A DNA stretch of 64,000 nucleotides, from contig LCLP01000001.1 of NCBI GenBank assembly GCA_001002135.1, positions 142,108 through 206,107 of the forward strand. The letters are read 5' to 3'. Position 1 is the stretch's first letter. Each line of letters opens with the position of its first letter. The translations under genes and the position numbers were made by a program. Under the pieces are notes generated by a model. That model did not search any database. It was given only the letters and a program-made list of their open reading frames with translations, and was not told the origin of the DNA. The stretch comes from Candidatus Pacebacteria bacterium GW2011_GWA1_46_10 (GTDB lineage: Bacteria > Patescibacteriota > Microgenomatia > UBA1400 > PJMF01). Below are positions 51,245 to 60,437 of this stretch, piece after piece.

Positions 51245-52225
51245 ATGGGAGAAATAGTAAAACGAGCATTGAAAGAAGAAGAGATAAAGGCTTTGCAAAC
51301 TCAATTTTATGGGTTAGACCTTGAAAACTTGGTTTTTGTCCAAGACCCCAATGATGACGTGCATACTTTGGGTAAAATTATTCGAGAGAAAGCCGAAGAC
51401 GAAGTAAAGCCAGCTTCGGCAGAAGAGACAGGGCCGAATTTAGCGGAGGAGGAAGTAGCTGACCATGTTGTCGTTTGCTCTCTGTTGTGGTTAGCAAGAC
51501 AGGATGCGAAAGCAGCAGGGTTTTTGAAAGACTCATATACAGAGGAAGATTATAAATTGCCTGATAATGTTACGGTTTTAGAAGATAACTTAGCGCTTGA
51601 TCATCTCAGCCATCTACGAAATGAAAAAACAAGTTTGAGGAACTTTAGGTTTCACTCTGATGAATTATCTTTACCGTTGTTTAGGAAAGCAGTGGCGGAC
51701 TTAGCGATGTATGAGGATAAAGTGAGCAATCAGTTAGTAAGAGAAGTTGGGGCAGCTACGACTCCGGTTCCCAAGTTAGCAGAACGAGTAGTAGTGGCAC
51801 CAGTATTAAGAGCAGGGTTGGCTCTGCTTGCTCCGGCAATGCAGGCTCTGCCAAAGTCAAAGATAGCGACGTTAGGGATGCGTCGTCTTGAGAATGGCGA
51901 ACCTGAATGGTATTACGAAAATGTGCCAACAATCACCAAAGATTCGGTGGTGGTAATTACTGACCCAATGCTTGCTACCGGAGGAACTTTGATAGAAGCA
52001 ATCAGAAAGATCAATAGTGGTCCAGTAAAACCCAAGGAAATTAGAATCGTGGCTGTGGTGGCCGCTCCCGAAGGTATTACTGCCATTAACCGAGAGTTTG
52101 ATAACATCAAAATCTTTACAGCAGCAGTTGATTCACATCTCAACTCGTCACTGTATATTGTTCCTGGGTTAGGGGATTATGGCGACCGGTATTTTGGGAC
52201 GGAGCCCGCACATTCAATCACTTAG
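51245..52225 (+). CDS. upp: Uracil phosphoribosyltransferase with ~100-aa N-terminal extension
   Basis: PVLRAGL, DPMLATGGT, YIVPGLGDYGDRYFGT. Confidence 0.93.
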   Translation: MGEIVKRALKEEEIKALQTQFYGLDLENLVFVQDPNDDVHTLGKIIREKAEDEVKPASAEETGPNLAEEEVADHVVVCSLLWLARQDAKAAGFLKDSYTEEDYKLPDNVTVLEDNLALDHLSHLRNEKTSLRNFRFHSDELSLPLFRKAVADLAMYEDKVSNQLVREVGAATTPVPKLAERVVVAPVLRAGLALLAPAMQALPKSKIATLGMRRLENGEPEWYYENVPTITKDSVVVITDPMLATGGTLIEAIRKINSGPVKPKEIRIVAVVAAPEGITAINREFDNIKIFTAAVDSHLNSSLYIVPGLGDYGDRYFGTEPAHSIT

Positions 52226-52227
52226 GG

Positions 52228-52310
52228 CGGAGGTGACAGGATTCGAACCTGCGAAGCCGTAAGGCTTACGCTTTCCAAGCGTACGCAATTGACCACTATG
52301 CGACACCTCC
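52228..52310 (-). tRNA. tRNA-Ser(GGA)
   Basis: GGAGGTG acceptor, TACGC-TT-GGA-AA-GCGTA, long variable arm, GGTTCGAATCC. Confidence 0.95.
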
Positions 52311-52334
52311 AAGAGTAGCCGTATTATACAAGCT

Positions 52335-52886
52335 TCAAGAGACAAAGCGCCAAAGTTTATTAGTGCCATTGCGAATCCCGATGCGGGGCGTTTTTTGAAA
52401 TCGGCTGATTTTTTTACCGCGGTCTTCCAGCCACAACTCGGTCGAAGTCACTAGATCAAGCCCATTTTGCTGCTTGGTTAGGCCAAAGGCTTGGCAGACT
52501 TTGCCGGGACCGTTAGTTAAAATTTTGAGCGGTTTGCCGCCACGATTTTTCTGCATCATTTTAATGCCCTCAATCGGAATGACTGAGCGAATCAAGACGG
52601 CGCCGGCCGTATCAGCTTGTTCGGTGACGATGTTTAGGCAATAGTGCATGCCGTACGTAAAATAGATATACGCGTGACCGCCCTCAAGAAACATCGGGGT
52701 ATTTCTTAAAGTTCTGCCGCGGAAAGCGTGTGAAGCCGGGTCATCGACGTTGGCGTACGCTTCTACCTCATTGATTTCACCAACAAATAATCCTTGGCGA
52801 GTTTGATGAACGAGATATTTCCCCAATAACTCACGAGTCACAGTCAGAGTTGGTCGAACGAAAAAATGACGGGAGAGTCTTGGCAC
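52335..52886 (-). CDS. mpg: DNA-3-methyladenine glycosylase (AAG/MPG)
   Basis: LLGK.L, EVEAY..D.ASH, YIYFTYGMH.CLN, AVLIRS, NGPGK. Confidence 0.95.
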   Translation of the reverse strand: MPRLSRHFFVRPTLTVTRELLGKYLVHQTRQGLFVGEINEVEAYANVDDPASHAFRGRTLRNTPMFLEGGHAYIYFTYGMHYCLNIVTEQADTAGAVLIRSVIPIEGIKMMQKNRGGKPLKILTNGPGKVCQAFGLTKQQNGLDLVTSTELWLEDRGKKISRFQKTPRIGIRNGTNKLWRFVS

Positions 52887-52919
52887 GACTCTTGTTATAA
52901 GAGAGTTTGTTGGTAAAAG

Positions 52920-53168
52920 CTAGCGGCTCAACGTGCGGCCGACCCAGATGAGCGCGATGGCGCCGATCATCGCGACCACGATGCTATAGAGATTGAGGCC
53001 GGTGACACCCGGTTGGCCAAAAAAGCCCATGATCCAGCCACCCACCACCGCGCCGATGATCCCAAGCAAGACGTCTTTCCCCATGCCTTGGGATTTATTG
53101 GCGCCCATGATCATCGAGGCCAGCCAGCCTGCCAGCAAACCAAGTACAATCCAAGCGATTAAACCCAT
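52920..53168 (-). CDS. GlsB/YeaQ/YmgE (transglycosylase-associated) membrane protein
   Basis: WIVLGLLAGWLA..LGIIGAVVGG. Confidence 0.9.
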   Translation of the reverse strand: MGLIAWIVLGLLAGWLASMIMGANKSQGMGKDVLLGIIGAVVGGWIMGFFGQPGVTGLNLYSIVVAMIGAIALIWVGRTLSR

Positions 53169-53270
53169 ACAGGTTCCTTTCTTGGTCGGGATTACTACTA
53201 ATCACAGAGTAGTAGAAAGGGGCAGCTGGGTCAAGTTTTTACGGAAAGTAGCTGGTACAATCTAGGAATT

Positions 53271-55661
53271 ATGGCGGCAGCTTGGCAACAATTAGTCAAA
53301 GATGACAAAGAGGGTGATGTCGACCTTGGTCAATTTTCTGTAGCCAAGATTTTGGCCAACAATCGTAAAAACTTTCCGGACAAAGAGGCGTTGGTTTTTG
53401 CCGATCTCAAACAGGGTGTTCAGGAAATTTTGACCTATGTTGAGTTTGTCGACCAAGTGTATACATTAGCCCAATTTTTCAAAACAGAGCACAAACTCAA
53501 AAAAGGTGACGCCGTAGCACTGCATTTGGAGAACTCACCGGAAATTTTACTGTTTCATTTAGCGTGTTGGTTGATTGGTTGTATCACAGTACCGTTGGAT
53601 TTGAAGCGTGATGACAGCGATCGAAAAGCGTACAAAATGCAGTCAACTCACTGTAAAGCAGTGGTGGTGGATGAGGGGTTGTCGGAGAGTGAGAAAACCT
53701 GGTTCGGGATTGTTTCGCCTGGTATTCGAGTAATCCCCATGTCGGCCCAAATCCGCCAAAAGATAGCAAACAGAGAAAAACTGGAGAATCAAGCTATAGA
53801 GGAGCATCCGAGTAATATTTGCCTGATTTTATTTACCTCCGGTACCACCAATTTACCAAAGGGTGTGCAACTCTCAATTGCCAATCTTTTGCTCAATGCG
53901 GATGGTATTCGGGACTGGTTAAAAATCACTGAAACCGACCGTTTTCACATCTGTTTGCCGCTCCATCACATTAACTCTACCACGATGTCGTTGGCGACTT
54001 TGCTTGCTGGCGGGACGATTGTTTTATCGCCTCGTTATTCCAAATCTAATTTTTGGCGGGTGATGGCAGAGTATCACTGTACGCTCTCATCGATCGTGCC
54101 GACGATTGCTTTTGACATGTTGAGTGAACGCGATGCGTTTAAGCAGTACCGAGAAAATCTGAAGCAAGTGACACGTATTCAAATTGGTTCCGCGCCAGTG
54201 GTGCCGACGGATGTCGTAAAATTTTACGATTTGTTTGGTATTCGCTTAGTGCAAGGGTATGGCTCCACGGAAACAGCACTACGGGTGACGGGGGTTGGTT
54301 GGGCCGACTTGGATGACCAGCAGTACAGGGAATTAATCGCCTCCAACACGATCGGCCACGAGCTCAAATGGAACAACACGGCGGTGATTAAAGCTGATGG
54401 CCAGTTGGCTAGTGAAGGTGAGGAGGGGGAGCTTTGCTTGCGCGGGCCAGTTTTAACACAGGGTTACTTGGACAATGACCAAGCTAATAAAGAGTCTTTT
54501 GTCGACGGTTGGTTTCACTCAGGTGATATCGGTATTTGGAAAAAAATGTTTGGTCAGAAAGTATTTTTCATTAAAGGGCGGATCAAAGAAATCATTATTA
54601 AAGGTGGAGTGAATATCTCGCCGCTGATGATCGAACACGCCATTTTGACTCATTACCCGCAAATTGTCAGCTGTTACGTGACTGGTGCGCCCGACGAGCG
54701 TTATGGCGAAGAGATCGTGGGGGTGATTGTTTTTGATGATTCGGTTGACCAAGAAGAACAACGACGAGTAACTAAGCAACTGCAAGCAGACGCCAAAGCG
54801 GGTGCGATTAAAGGAGTAGCAGCCTATGAGTCACCCAAGTTTTTCTTGACCGTGCCGTTAACGAGCCTGCCGATGACTTCCACCGGTAAGGTTCAGCGAG
54901 TGAAGATTAGAGAATACCTCCAGGATATTTCTACGCCGATTGCGCAGACGTCAACTCATTATTTCCGCCGCCTCACGCCGTTTGATACCAATCATCTTGC
55001 TCGGTTGGTCGAGATCCACAACACTAGATGGGGAGAGGAGCTTGGAATCGATATTAAAACAGCTACTCAAGCGGTAGCAAACGGAATTGTGATTGGGGCG
55101 ATTGAAAAGAAAACGGATCAATTAGTTGGTTCAGCGTTTGGTGAAATTGTGCACGCGAAGGATATTGAAAACAAAGCCGCTTGGTTGAATACCTACGATC
55201 AAGCCACTGGTAATCTTACTCTTAAACCCAGCACCACCGACGGTGACGCGGTGATGTTTGTCACCATCTCGACCGACGGCAAGCCTTTTACACCCAGTAT
55301 GAAGTCAACCGATTCTCAGTACCAGAAATTGTTGGCAGAAGCTCCTCAGTATATTGATGCTTACTTGGCCGCCAAAACCGATCCCGTGCTCAATTTCCAC
55401 ATGGCGCCCAAAGCTGGCATGGAGGAGGGCGCCTCGATTTTATACCCCATCGCCAACGCTCGACCCAAAGACGTCGAAGCGCTTGGATATTGCGTAATGA
55501 TGAAATACCCAACGTTACCAGAAAGTGTATCAGTTCAGGAAAAATCTTCGTTGGGTACCCAAATTCTCGAAGCAGGATTTATGTATGCCGTAAAGAATGG
55601 AGTTACTCAAGTTTACGCCTATTCCAGGCCGAGTGGGTTTTTGAAAATAGTGAGTAAATAA
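53271..55661 (+). CDS. ANL-family acyl-CoA/AMP ligase fused to a C-terminal GNAT-like domain
   Basis: FTSGTTNLPKG, GYGSTET, GELCLRG, FHSGDIG, GRIKE, PMTSTGKVQR; extra ~240 aa with DPVLNFH and AYSRP. Confidence 0.85.
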   Translation: MAAAWQQLVKDDKEGDVDLGQFSVAKILANNRKNFPDKEALVFADLKQGVQEILTYVEFVDQVYTLAQFFKTEHKLKKGDAVALHLENSPEILLFHLACWLIGCITVPLDLKRDDSDRKAYKMQSTHCKAVVVDEGLSESEKTWFGIVSPGIRVIPMSAQIRQKIANREKLENQAIEEHPSNICLILFTSGTTNLPKGVQLSIANLLLNADGIRDWLKITETDRFHICLPLHHINSTTMSLATLLAGGTIVLSPRYSKSNFWRVMAEYHCTLSSIVPTIAFDMLSERDAFKQYRENLKQVTRIQIGSAPVVPTDVVKFYDLFGIRLVQGYGSTETALRVTGVGWADLDDQQYRELIASNTIGHELKWNNTAVIKADGQLASEGEEGELCLRGPVLTQGYLDNDQANKESFVDGWFHSGDIGIWKKMFGQKVFFIKGRIKEIIIKGGVNISPLMIEHAILTHYPQIVSCYVTGAPDERYGEEIVGVIVFDDSVDQEEQRRVTKQLQADAKAGAIKGVAAYESPKFFLTVPLTSLPMTSTGKVQRVKIREYLQDISTPIAQTSTHYFRRLTPFDTNHLARLVEIHNTRWGEELGIDIKTATQAVANGIVIGAIEKKTDQLVGSAFGEIVHAKDIENKAAWLNTYDQATGNLTLKPSTTDGDAVMFVTISTDGKPFTPSMKSTDSQYQKLLAEAPQYIDAYLAAKTDPVLNFHMAPKAGMEEGASILYPIANARPKDVEALGYCVMMKYPTLPESVSVQEKSSLGTQILEAGFMYAVKNGVTQVYAYSRPSGFLKIVSK

Positions 55662-55670
55662 AACAGTAAA

Positions 55671-56423
55671 ATGCCAAACGATCAAGAACGAAAAATTGGT
55701 TTAGCACGAGCTGCCTTAGAAGCAGAGCAAACAGTTTGGCCTTTAGAAGCTTTTGGTCAGTTGCTGAAAAATGCTGATTTTATGCACCTTAATACTTTTC
55801 CGCAACTAGTATCTTTTCCCAAAAACAGTCATTTTCGAAGATTGTTGGATCGCTTACTTGGGTCACCTTTGGAAGTGAAAGCTTATAGAGAGCACTTGGC
55901 AGTGATGGCGAGCAATGATTTAGGTGAGCTACTTCTTTCTAAAGCGTATGAGAAAGGTACTCCATTATGGGTGAAAATACGTCGAGGTTCAGCAGTACAT
56001 GACGCATATCGACAAATACTACCTCTTCCTCTTGGGTGGAGGCGGTTGGGGGCAGTCCATACTCATCCGAGAGTGCCACTTATTGGTGGACTCGATTATT
56101 TATTAAATGAAGTGATGAACCCTTTTCGGTTTAGTGTAGCTGATGTGTCTGTTTTTTTGCACCAAATTTCTTCAAATATCCCTGTTGAAGGAGTTGTTAC
56201 TCCAGCAGGGTATGGATTTATGGTTGCTTCGGTTAGCACCAAGGAAAGGATTAAACAATATGGCACTCTTGATACGCCGCTTTCGGAGAATGCTAATTTA
56301 ATTGGGTATCTTAAATCAATTCCTGTAGAGCAAGCTTTCAATGCCCAAGAAGTTCTTCCTCAGTATGATATTGCTTATTACAGTTGCTTTCGAAGAAAAG
56401 AAATTTTGGAGAGAGTTATATAA
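55671..56423 (+). CDS. Hypothetical protein with JAB/MPN-like motif
   Basis: LGAVHTHP...FSVAD (HxHP..SxxD); 9 nt after the ligase stop. Confidence 0.55.
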   Translation: MPNDQERKIGLARAALEAEQTVWPLEAFGQLLKNADFMHLNTFPQLVSFPKNSHFRRLLDRLLGSPLEVKAYREHLAVMASNDLGELLLSKAYEKGTPLWVKIRRGSAVHDAYRQILPLPLGWRRLGAVHTHPRVPLIGGLDYLLNEVMNPFRFSVADVSVFLHQISSNIPVEGVVTPAGYGFMVASVSTKERIKQYGTLDTPLSENANLIGYLKSIPVEQAFNAQEVLPQYDIAYYSCFRRKEILERVI

Positions 56424-56486
56424 ATGACTAATCTACTTTTCAACTTGGCGTATCTCTTTTCAAATCAGTAGGTAGCGATCAGCTCG

Positions 56487-57080
56487 TTATACAGCACGAT
56501 CGCGACGCCTTTTGGCGTTGATCTCATCGGTTTTTATTCTGATTGCCTCAAGAACTTCATCTCTATTCTGGGAGGAAATCTTTCCATTAGTGAAGAGTTT
56601 CTCGATTACATCGGAGTGCAAGAGATCACGAGTTTCCGTAGCGTTGTGAATTTTATTGAGAATATGTGCATAAAGTGAGTGTTGATCTTCCCGACTGACG
56701 GTGGGAGGCCGGCGTCTTTCCGCCCTATTTCTGGCAGGACTTGGTTCTACTGGCCGGCCGTTGCCTGCCCGAATTTCTCTATCGAGCGCAGCTCTTTTTT
56801 CCGGTTTGCTTAGTACATCATAAGCAACATTAATAGTTTTCATCATTTCCAGCTTTGCCTGATCTGAATCAGAAGAGCCGCTGTTATCGGGGTGATAGCG
56901 TTTTGATAGCTGCCGCCACCGTTCTCTGATTTCTTCATCTGTAGCATTATGAGAAACACCCAGCACCTGATATGCATCAGGGACTTCAGCGTGTGCTGTT
57001 TCCTCAATATCAATTTCTCTGCCGTCTTCACCAAGTTTTTTTCTGGTTATTTTATAGCTAATGTGGTATGTTTCACTCAT
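56487..57080 (-). CDS. J-domain (DnaJ-like) protein
   Basis: DAYQVLGV..ATDEEI..YHPD..INVAYDVLS.PEKR; start reset to ATG 57080 (TATACT 6 nt upstream) to avoid the tRNA. Confidence 0.88.
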   Translation of the reverse strand: MSETYHISYKITRKKLGEDGREIDIEETAHAEVPDAYQVLGVSHNATDEEIRERWRQLSKRYHPDNSGSSDSDQAKLEMMKTINVAYDVLSKPEKRAALDREIRAGNGRPVEPSPARNRAERRRPPTVSREDQHSLYAHILNKIHNATETRDLLHSDVIEKLFTNGKISSQNRDEVLEAIRIKTDEINAKRRRDRAV

Positions 57081-57126
57081 AAAAATAGTATATACCAAGA
57101 AAACAAGGGAAAAATAGGTTAAAACT

Positions 57127-57214
57127 TGGCGGAAGCGGTGAGATTCGAACTCACGAACCGGAAAACCGGTCAGGGTTAGCAACCCTGTGCAATTGGCCAC
57201 TATGCGACGCTTCC
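57127..57214 (-). tRNA. tRNA-Ser(GCT)
   Basis: GGAAGCG acceptor, CAGGG-TT-GCT-AA-CCCTG, long variable arm, encoded CCA. Confidence 0.95.
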
Positions 57215-57330
57215 AGACACACCAAATTATACCAGCTAAAACCAGGCCTGGCAGGTGAACTGTCACTTGTCAAATGAGGCAGTTTTATGTAGTCTGAAAC
57301 TATTCAATAAGCGTAAAAAAGGAGGCTTCC

Positions 57331-57855
57331 ATGAACGAAAACATGCCAACCGATGACACTCAACCCAGTGTGGGGAGTACCGACAAAAAATCCAACTTGT
57401 TGGCCATTTTAGGGATAGTAGCGGTAGTGGCAATCGTCGCTTTTGTGATGATCCAAGCCAGCTCCAATAACACCGCGCCAACTGAGGAAATTGTCAGTCC
57501 AACGCCAGCGTCCACTGAGGTAATGGAGGAGGAAACACCCACTCCCACCGAGGAAGAAGTGATGGAGCCGGTGGAAGAAGTGGTGGAAATTGACGTGGAG
57601 GCGGGCAACTTTTCCTTCTCGCCCAATGAGATTACGGTCAAGTTGGGTCAAACCGTCAGGATTAATCTGACCGCTGCTGATCTGCAACACAACTTCAGCT
57701 TGGATGAGTTTGATGTTTCGTCAGAAATAGTGGCAGAAGGTGAGTCGACTACGGTCGAGTTTTTGGCTGATCAAACCGGCGAGTTTGAGTTTTACTGCAA
57801 TGTGGGCAGTCACCGAGCACAAGGGCAAGTGGGTACCTTGATTATCGAGGAATAA
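57331..57855 (+). CDS. Membrane-anchored cupredoxin
   Basis: TM, Thr/Pro/Glu linker, FSPNEITV, HNF, GEFEFYCNVGSHRAQGQ. Confidence 0.88.
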   Translation: MNENMPTDDTQPSVGSTDKKSNLLAILGIVAVVAIVAFVMIQASSNNTAPTEEIVSPTPASTEVMEEETPTPTEEEVMEPVEEVVEIDVEAGNFSFSPNEITVKLGQTVRINLTAADLQHNFSLDEFDVSSEIVAEGESTTVEFLADQTGEFEFYCNVGSHRAQGQVGTLIIEE

Positions 57856-57874
57856 TCGCGTTTAATAGAAACCT

Positions 57875-58288
57875 ATGTGGGTGTGGTTTAAAAAAAACCT
57901 CTTGTATTTGGCTTGGTTTCAGGCTTTGATTGCGACCGCTGGCAGTTTATTTTTCAGTGAAGTGATGGGCTGGACCCCGTGTGTGCTGTGTTGGTACCAG
58001 CGGATCTTGATGTACCCACTAGTCTTGATTTTGGGAGTGGGGATTTTGCTCAAAGACAAACGCATTTCATGGTACGTACTGCCGTTGAGCAGCCTTGGCT
58101 TCTTGATAGCCGCTTATCACAATCTCTTGTATTACGGTGTCATTCAGGAAGTGTGTCGTGAGGGAGTGTCATGTACTACCCGCTTTTTTGCTTGGTTTGG
58201 TTTTATCACCATTCCGCTGTTATCACTGACAGCCTTTGCGATCATCACTACCCTGATGCTGATTCATAAAAAGGAACACAAAGTATGA
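57875..58288 (+). CDS. dsbB: Disulfide bond formation protein DsbB/BdbC
   Basis: PCVLCWYQRI, second Cys pair CREGVSC, ITIP.LSL. Confidence 0.92.
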   Translation: MWVWFKKNLLYLAWFQALIATAGSLFFSEVMGWTPCVLCWYQRILMYPLVLILGVGILLKDKRISWYVLPLSSLGFLIAAYHNLLYYGVIQEVCREGVSCTTRFFAWFGFITIPLLSLTAFAIITTLMLIHKKEHKV

Positions 58289-58923
58289 CCGGAGAAGCCA
58301 AAGTTTTAATCGGGGTAGGAGTTGTTACCTTGGCGCTGTTTGTCGGCGGCATCTTGATGCTGACCAAAAACAATGCTAGTCCCACGCCGCAGACCGTTGA
58401 CTCAGCTGTCTTAATGAGAGAAGGGAGTTTTCGGGTTGGACCAGCCGAGGCACCAATCACTTTAGTGGAGTTTAGTGATTATCAATGTCCGTATTGTGCA
58501 CAAGCCCAAGCGGTAGTTGATTCACTGATCGCCAAGTATCCAGATCAGTTGTTGTTTACTTATCGCCACTTCCCCTTGTCGCAGCATCGTCACGCCGTGC
58601 CCGCGGCGGAAGCCGCCGAGGCAGCCGGCGAACAAGACAAGTTCTGGGAGATGAGTAACTTGATCTTTGAGCGCCAGGATGAGTGGGCAGAAGCAAGTGA
58701 CCCACTACCGATTTTCCAGCAGTATGCGGAGGAGTTGGAGCTGGATCTGGAGCAGTTTAATCAAGCCATGAGTGAGCACACCTATCAAGCTAAAATCCTG
58801 CAGGGTGTGGCGGATGGGAATACGCTGGGGGTAAACTCCACGCCGTTTTTCTTTTTAAATGGTCAAAAGTTTACCGGAGGTTACAATGCCCTTCCAGCCG
58901 CGATCGAGCAAGCTCTCCAATAA
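58285..58923 (+). CDS. dsbA: DsbA/BdbD thiol-disulfide oxidoreductase
   Basis: EFSDYQCPYC, RHFPL, GVNSTP. Confidence 0.92.
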   Translation: MTGEAKVLIGVGVVTLALFVGGILMLTKNNASPTPQTVDSAVLMREGSFRVGPAEAPITLVEFSDYQCPYCAQAQAVVDSLIAKYPDQLLFTYRHFPLSQHRHAVPAAEAAEAAGEQDKFWEMSNLIFERQDEWAEASDPLPIFQQYAEELELDLEQFNQAMSEHTYQAKILQGVADGNTLGVNSTPFFFLNGQKFTGGYNALPAAIEQALQ

Positions 58924-59497
58924 AAAATACCTGATTTTTGATTTTGATGAGACGATCAGCACGCTCCTGATAGACTGGAATGATGGGTATAGAGAAGGAA
59001 TAGTATCAGCGATCCAAAAATATGATCCAAGTTTTACTCTTTCTCCTCACCAGTTAAATAGAAAATGGGTCAACTTCGAATTAGAAAATCGTTTCATTGA
59101 GCACTTTGGGCAATCACTTCGCAAAGATTTAATAGAGTTTCACCGAGTGTTTGAGAAAACCCATTACACTGGTTGTGAACCAAACTCAGCTGTCATCGAG
59201 TTTATTCGCAGTAGTCGAGGTTTCTCGATTTTTCTTTGGAGTAATAATCACTCTGAAACGATCAAGCGAGCACTAGCGGATTTGAACTTAACCGAGAAAA
59301 TAGATCGGTGGGTGACGTGTGAGCAAGTCTTGTTCTCCAAGCCTCACCCCGAAGGGTTCTCGTTATTACAGATCCCTAACACTGCCTTGAAAGAGTATTT
59401 GTTTATCGGTGACAGTAGTAATGACGAAAAAGCTGCTGCGAAAATTGGCCTTGACTATCTTCACGTTGATGATTTTGTGCGCTTGATTAAAAAGTAG
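58886..59497 (+). CDS. HAD-family hydrolase
   Basis: IFDFDETI, WSNN, KPHPEG, IGDS.ND; start uncertain. Confidence 0.85.
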   Translation: MPFQPRSSKLSNKKYLIFDFDETISTLLIDWNDGYREGIVSAIQKYDPSFTLSPHQLNRKWVNFELENRFIEHFGQSLRKDLIEFHRVFEKTHYTGCEPNSAVIEFIRSSRGFSIFLWSNNHSETIKRALADLNLTEKIDRWVTCEQVLFSKPHPEGFSLLQIPNTALKEYLFIGDSSNDEKAAAKIGLDYLHVDDFVRLIKK

Positions 59498-60411
59498 GCT
59501 CCAGTTAAGCTGCCCAACATTACCGCCAAGTCGCTGGTAACTTGCAAGACCGGTAGCCACAGCCAACCATGGGGAACATAACGCTTGTTTTTCATGACAG
59601 CCCACAGCAGGTAGAGAGAGATCAGCAGCGGGAAAAAGCTGCCGGTTTGTCTGAGTTCGCCAATGATGATCATCCAAGTAAGTAAGCCAAGGAAAATCAG
59701 GTAGCGGGTAAAAATCAGCACCACTTTTGGTCGGACAATTTTGGCCTGGATGTCGCCAAAAGCGAAACGGTGAATCATCTGCCAAAAGTCTCTTAAGTTT
59801 TGCCGCGGCAGCCAGCCGACCAGAGCGTCAGCGGCAAAAGCCATTGGCACTTTGGCTTGTTTCAGTTTGTTGGCAAAGGCAAAGTCTTCGTTGTGATTGA
59901 GAGTTTTGTCAAAGCCACCTAGTTTTCTAAACATTGACTTGCGAATCAGCATCGACCGGCTGGCCGCCAGAAAGTTTTTTTGGTTGACTCGATGCGGCAT
60001 CACCAGCACATACGGCACAACTGCTTCTTCAAATCTGGTTTGCGGCAGGCCTTGGTAGTAGCCCGCGACCACGTCGGCGCTGGTTTCTCGCTGGGTACGC
60101 AGCAGCACTTGTAGCCAGTCTTGGTATGGTAAACAGCCGGCGTCGGTAAAGGCGATCCACTCATGGCGGGCTTTGCTCACTGCGAAATTCCGACCGATAC
60201 TGCGATTGCCTTTTTTGGGAAAAAGCCGAATGATTTGTCCGAGCTCGTGATTTTGCTGCCATCTTTTGATTTTTTTGACCGTCTTATCAGTGGAACCGCC
60301 GTCAACAATGATGATTTCATCGGGCAGCACAAACTGTTCGCTGATCGCTGTTAAGAGCCAGTCGATGGTTGATTCTTCGTTGAGAGTCGTTACACTGAGA
60401 GAAGTTTTCAT
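59461..60411 (-). CDS. Glycosyltransferase family 2
   Basis: TTLNEE, VDGGSTD, GRN, FTDAGC, ED; C-terminal TMs. Confidence 0.92.
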   Translation of the reverse strand: MKTSLSVTTLNEESTIDWLLTAISEQFVLPDEIIIVDGGSTDKTVKKIKRWQQNHELGQIIRLFPKKGNRSIGRNFAVSKARHEWIAFTDAGCLPYQDWLQVLLRTQRETSADVVAGYYQGLPQTRFEEAVVPYVLVMPHRVNQKNFLAASRSMLIRKSMFRKLGGFDKTLNHNEDFAFANKLKQAKVPMAFAADALVGWLPRQNLRDFWQMIHRFAFGDIQAKIVRPKVVLIFTRYLIFLGLLTWMIIIGELRQTGSFFPLLISLYLLWAVMKNKRYVPHGWLWLPVLQVTSDLAVMLGSLTGAYFLIKRTKSST

Positions 60412-60437
60412 TGCTCACATTATAAACGTCACTTGGT

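Noticed and set aside
57081-57266. N-terminal extension of the J-domain ORF
   Set aside because: Overlaps tRNA-Ser(GCT); ATG 57080 has its own -10 box.
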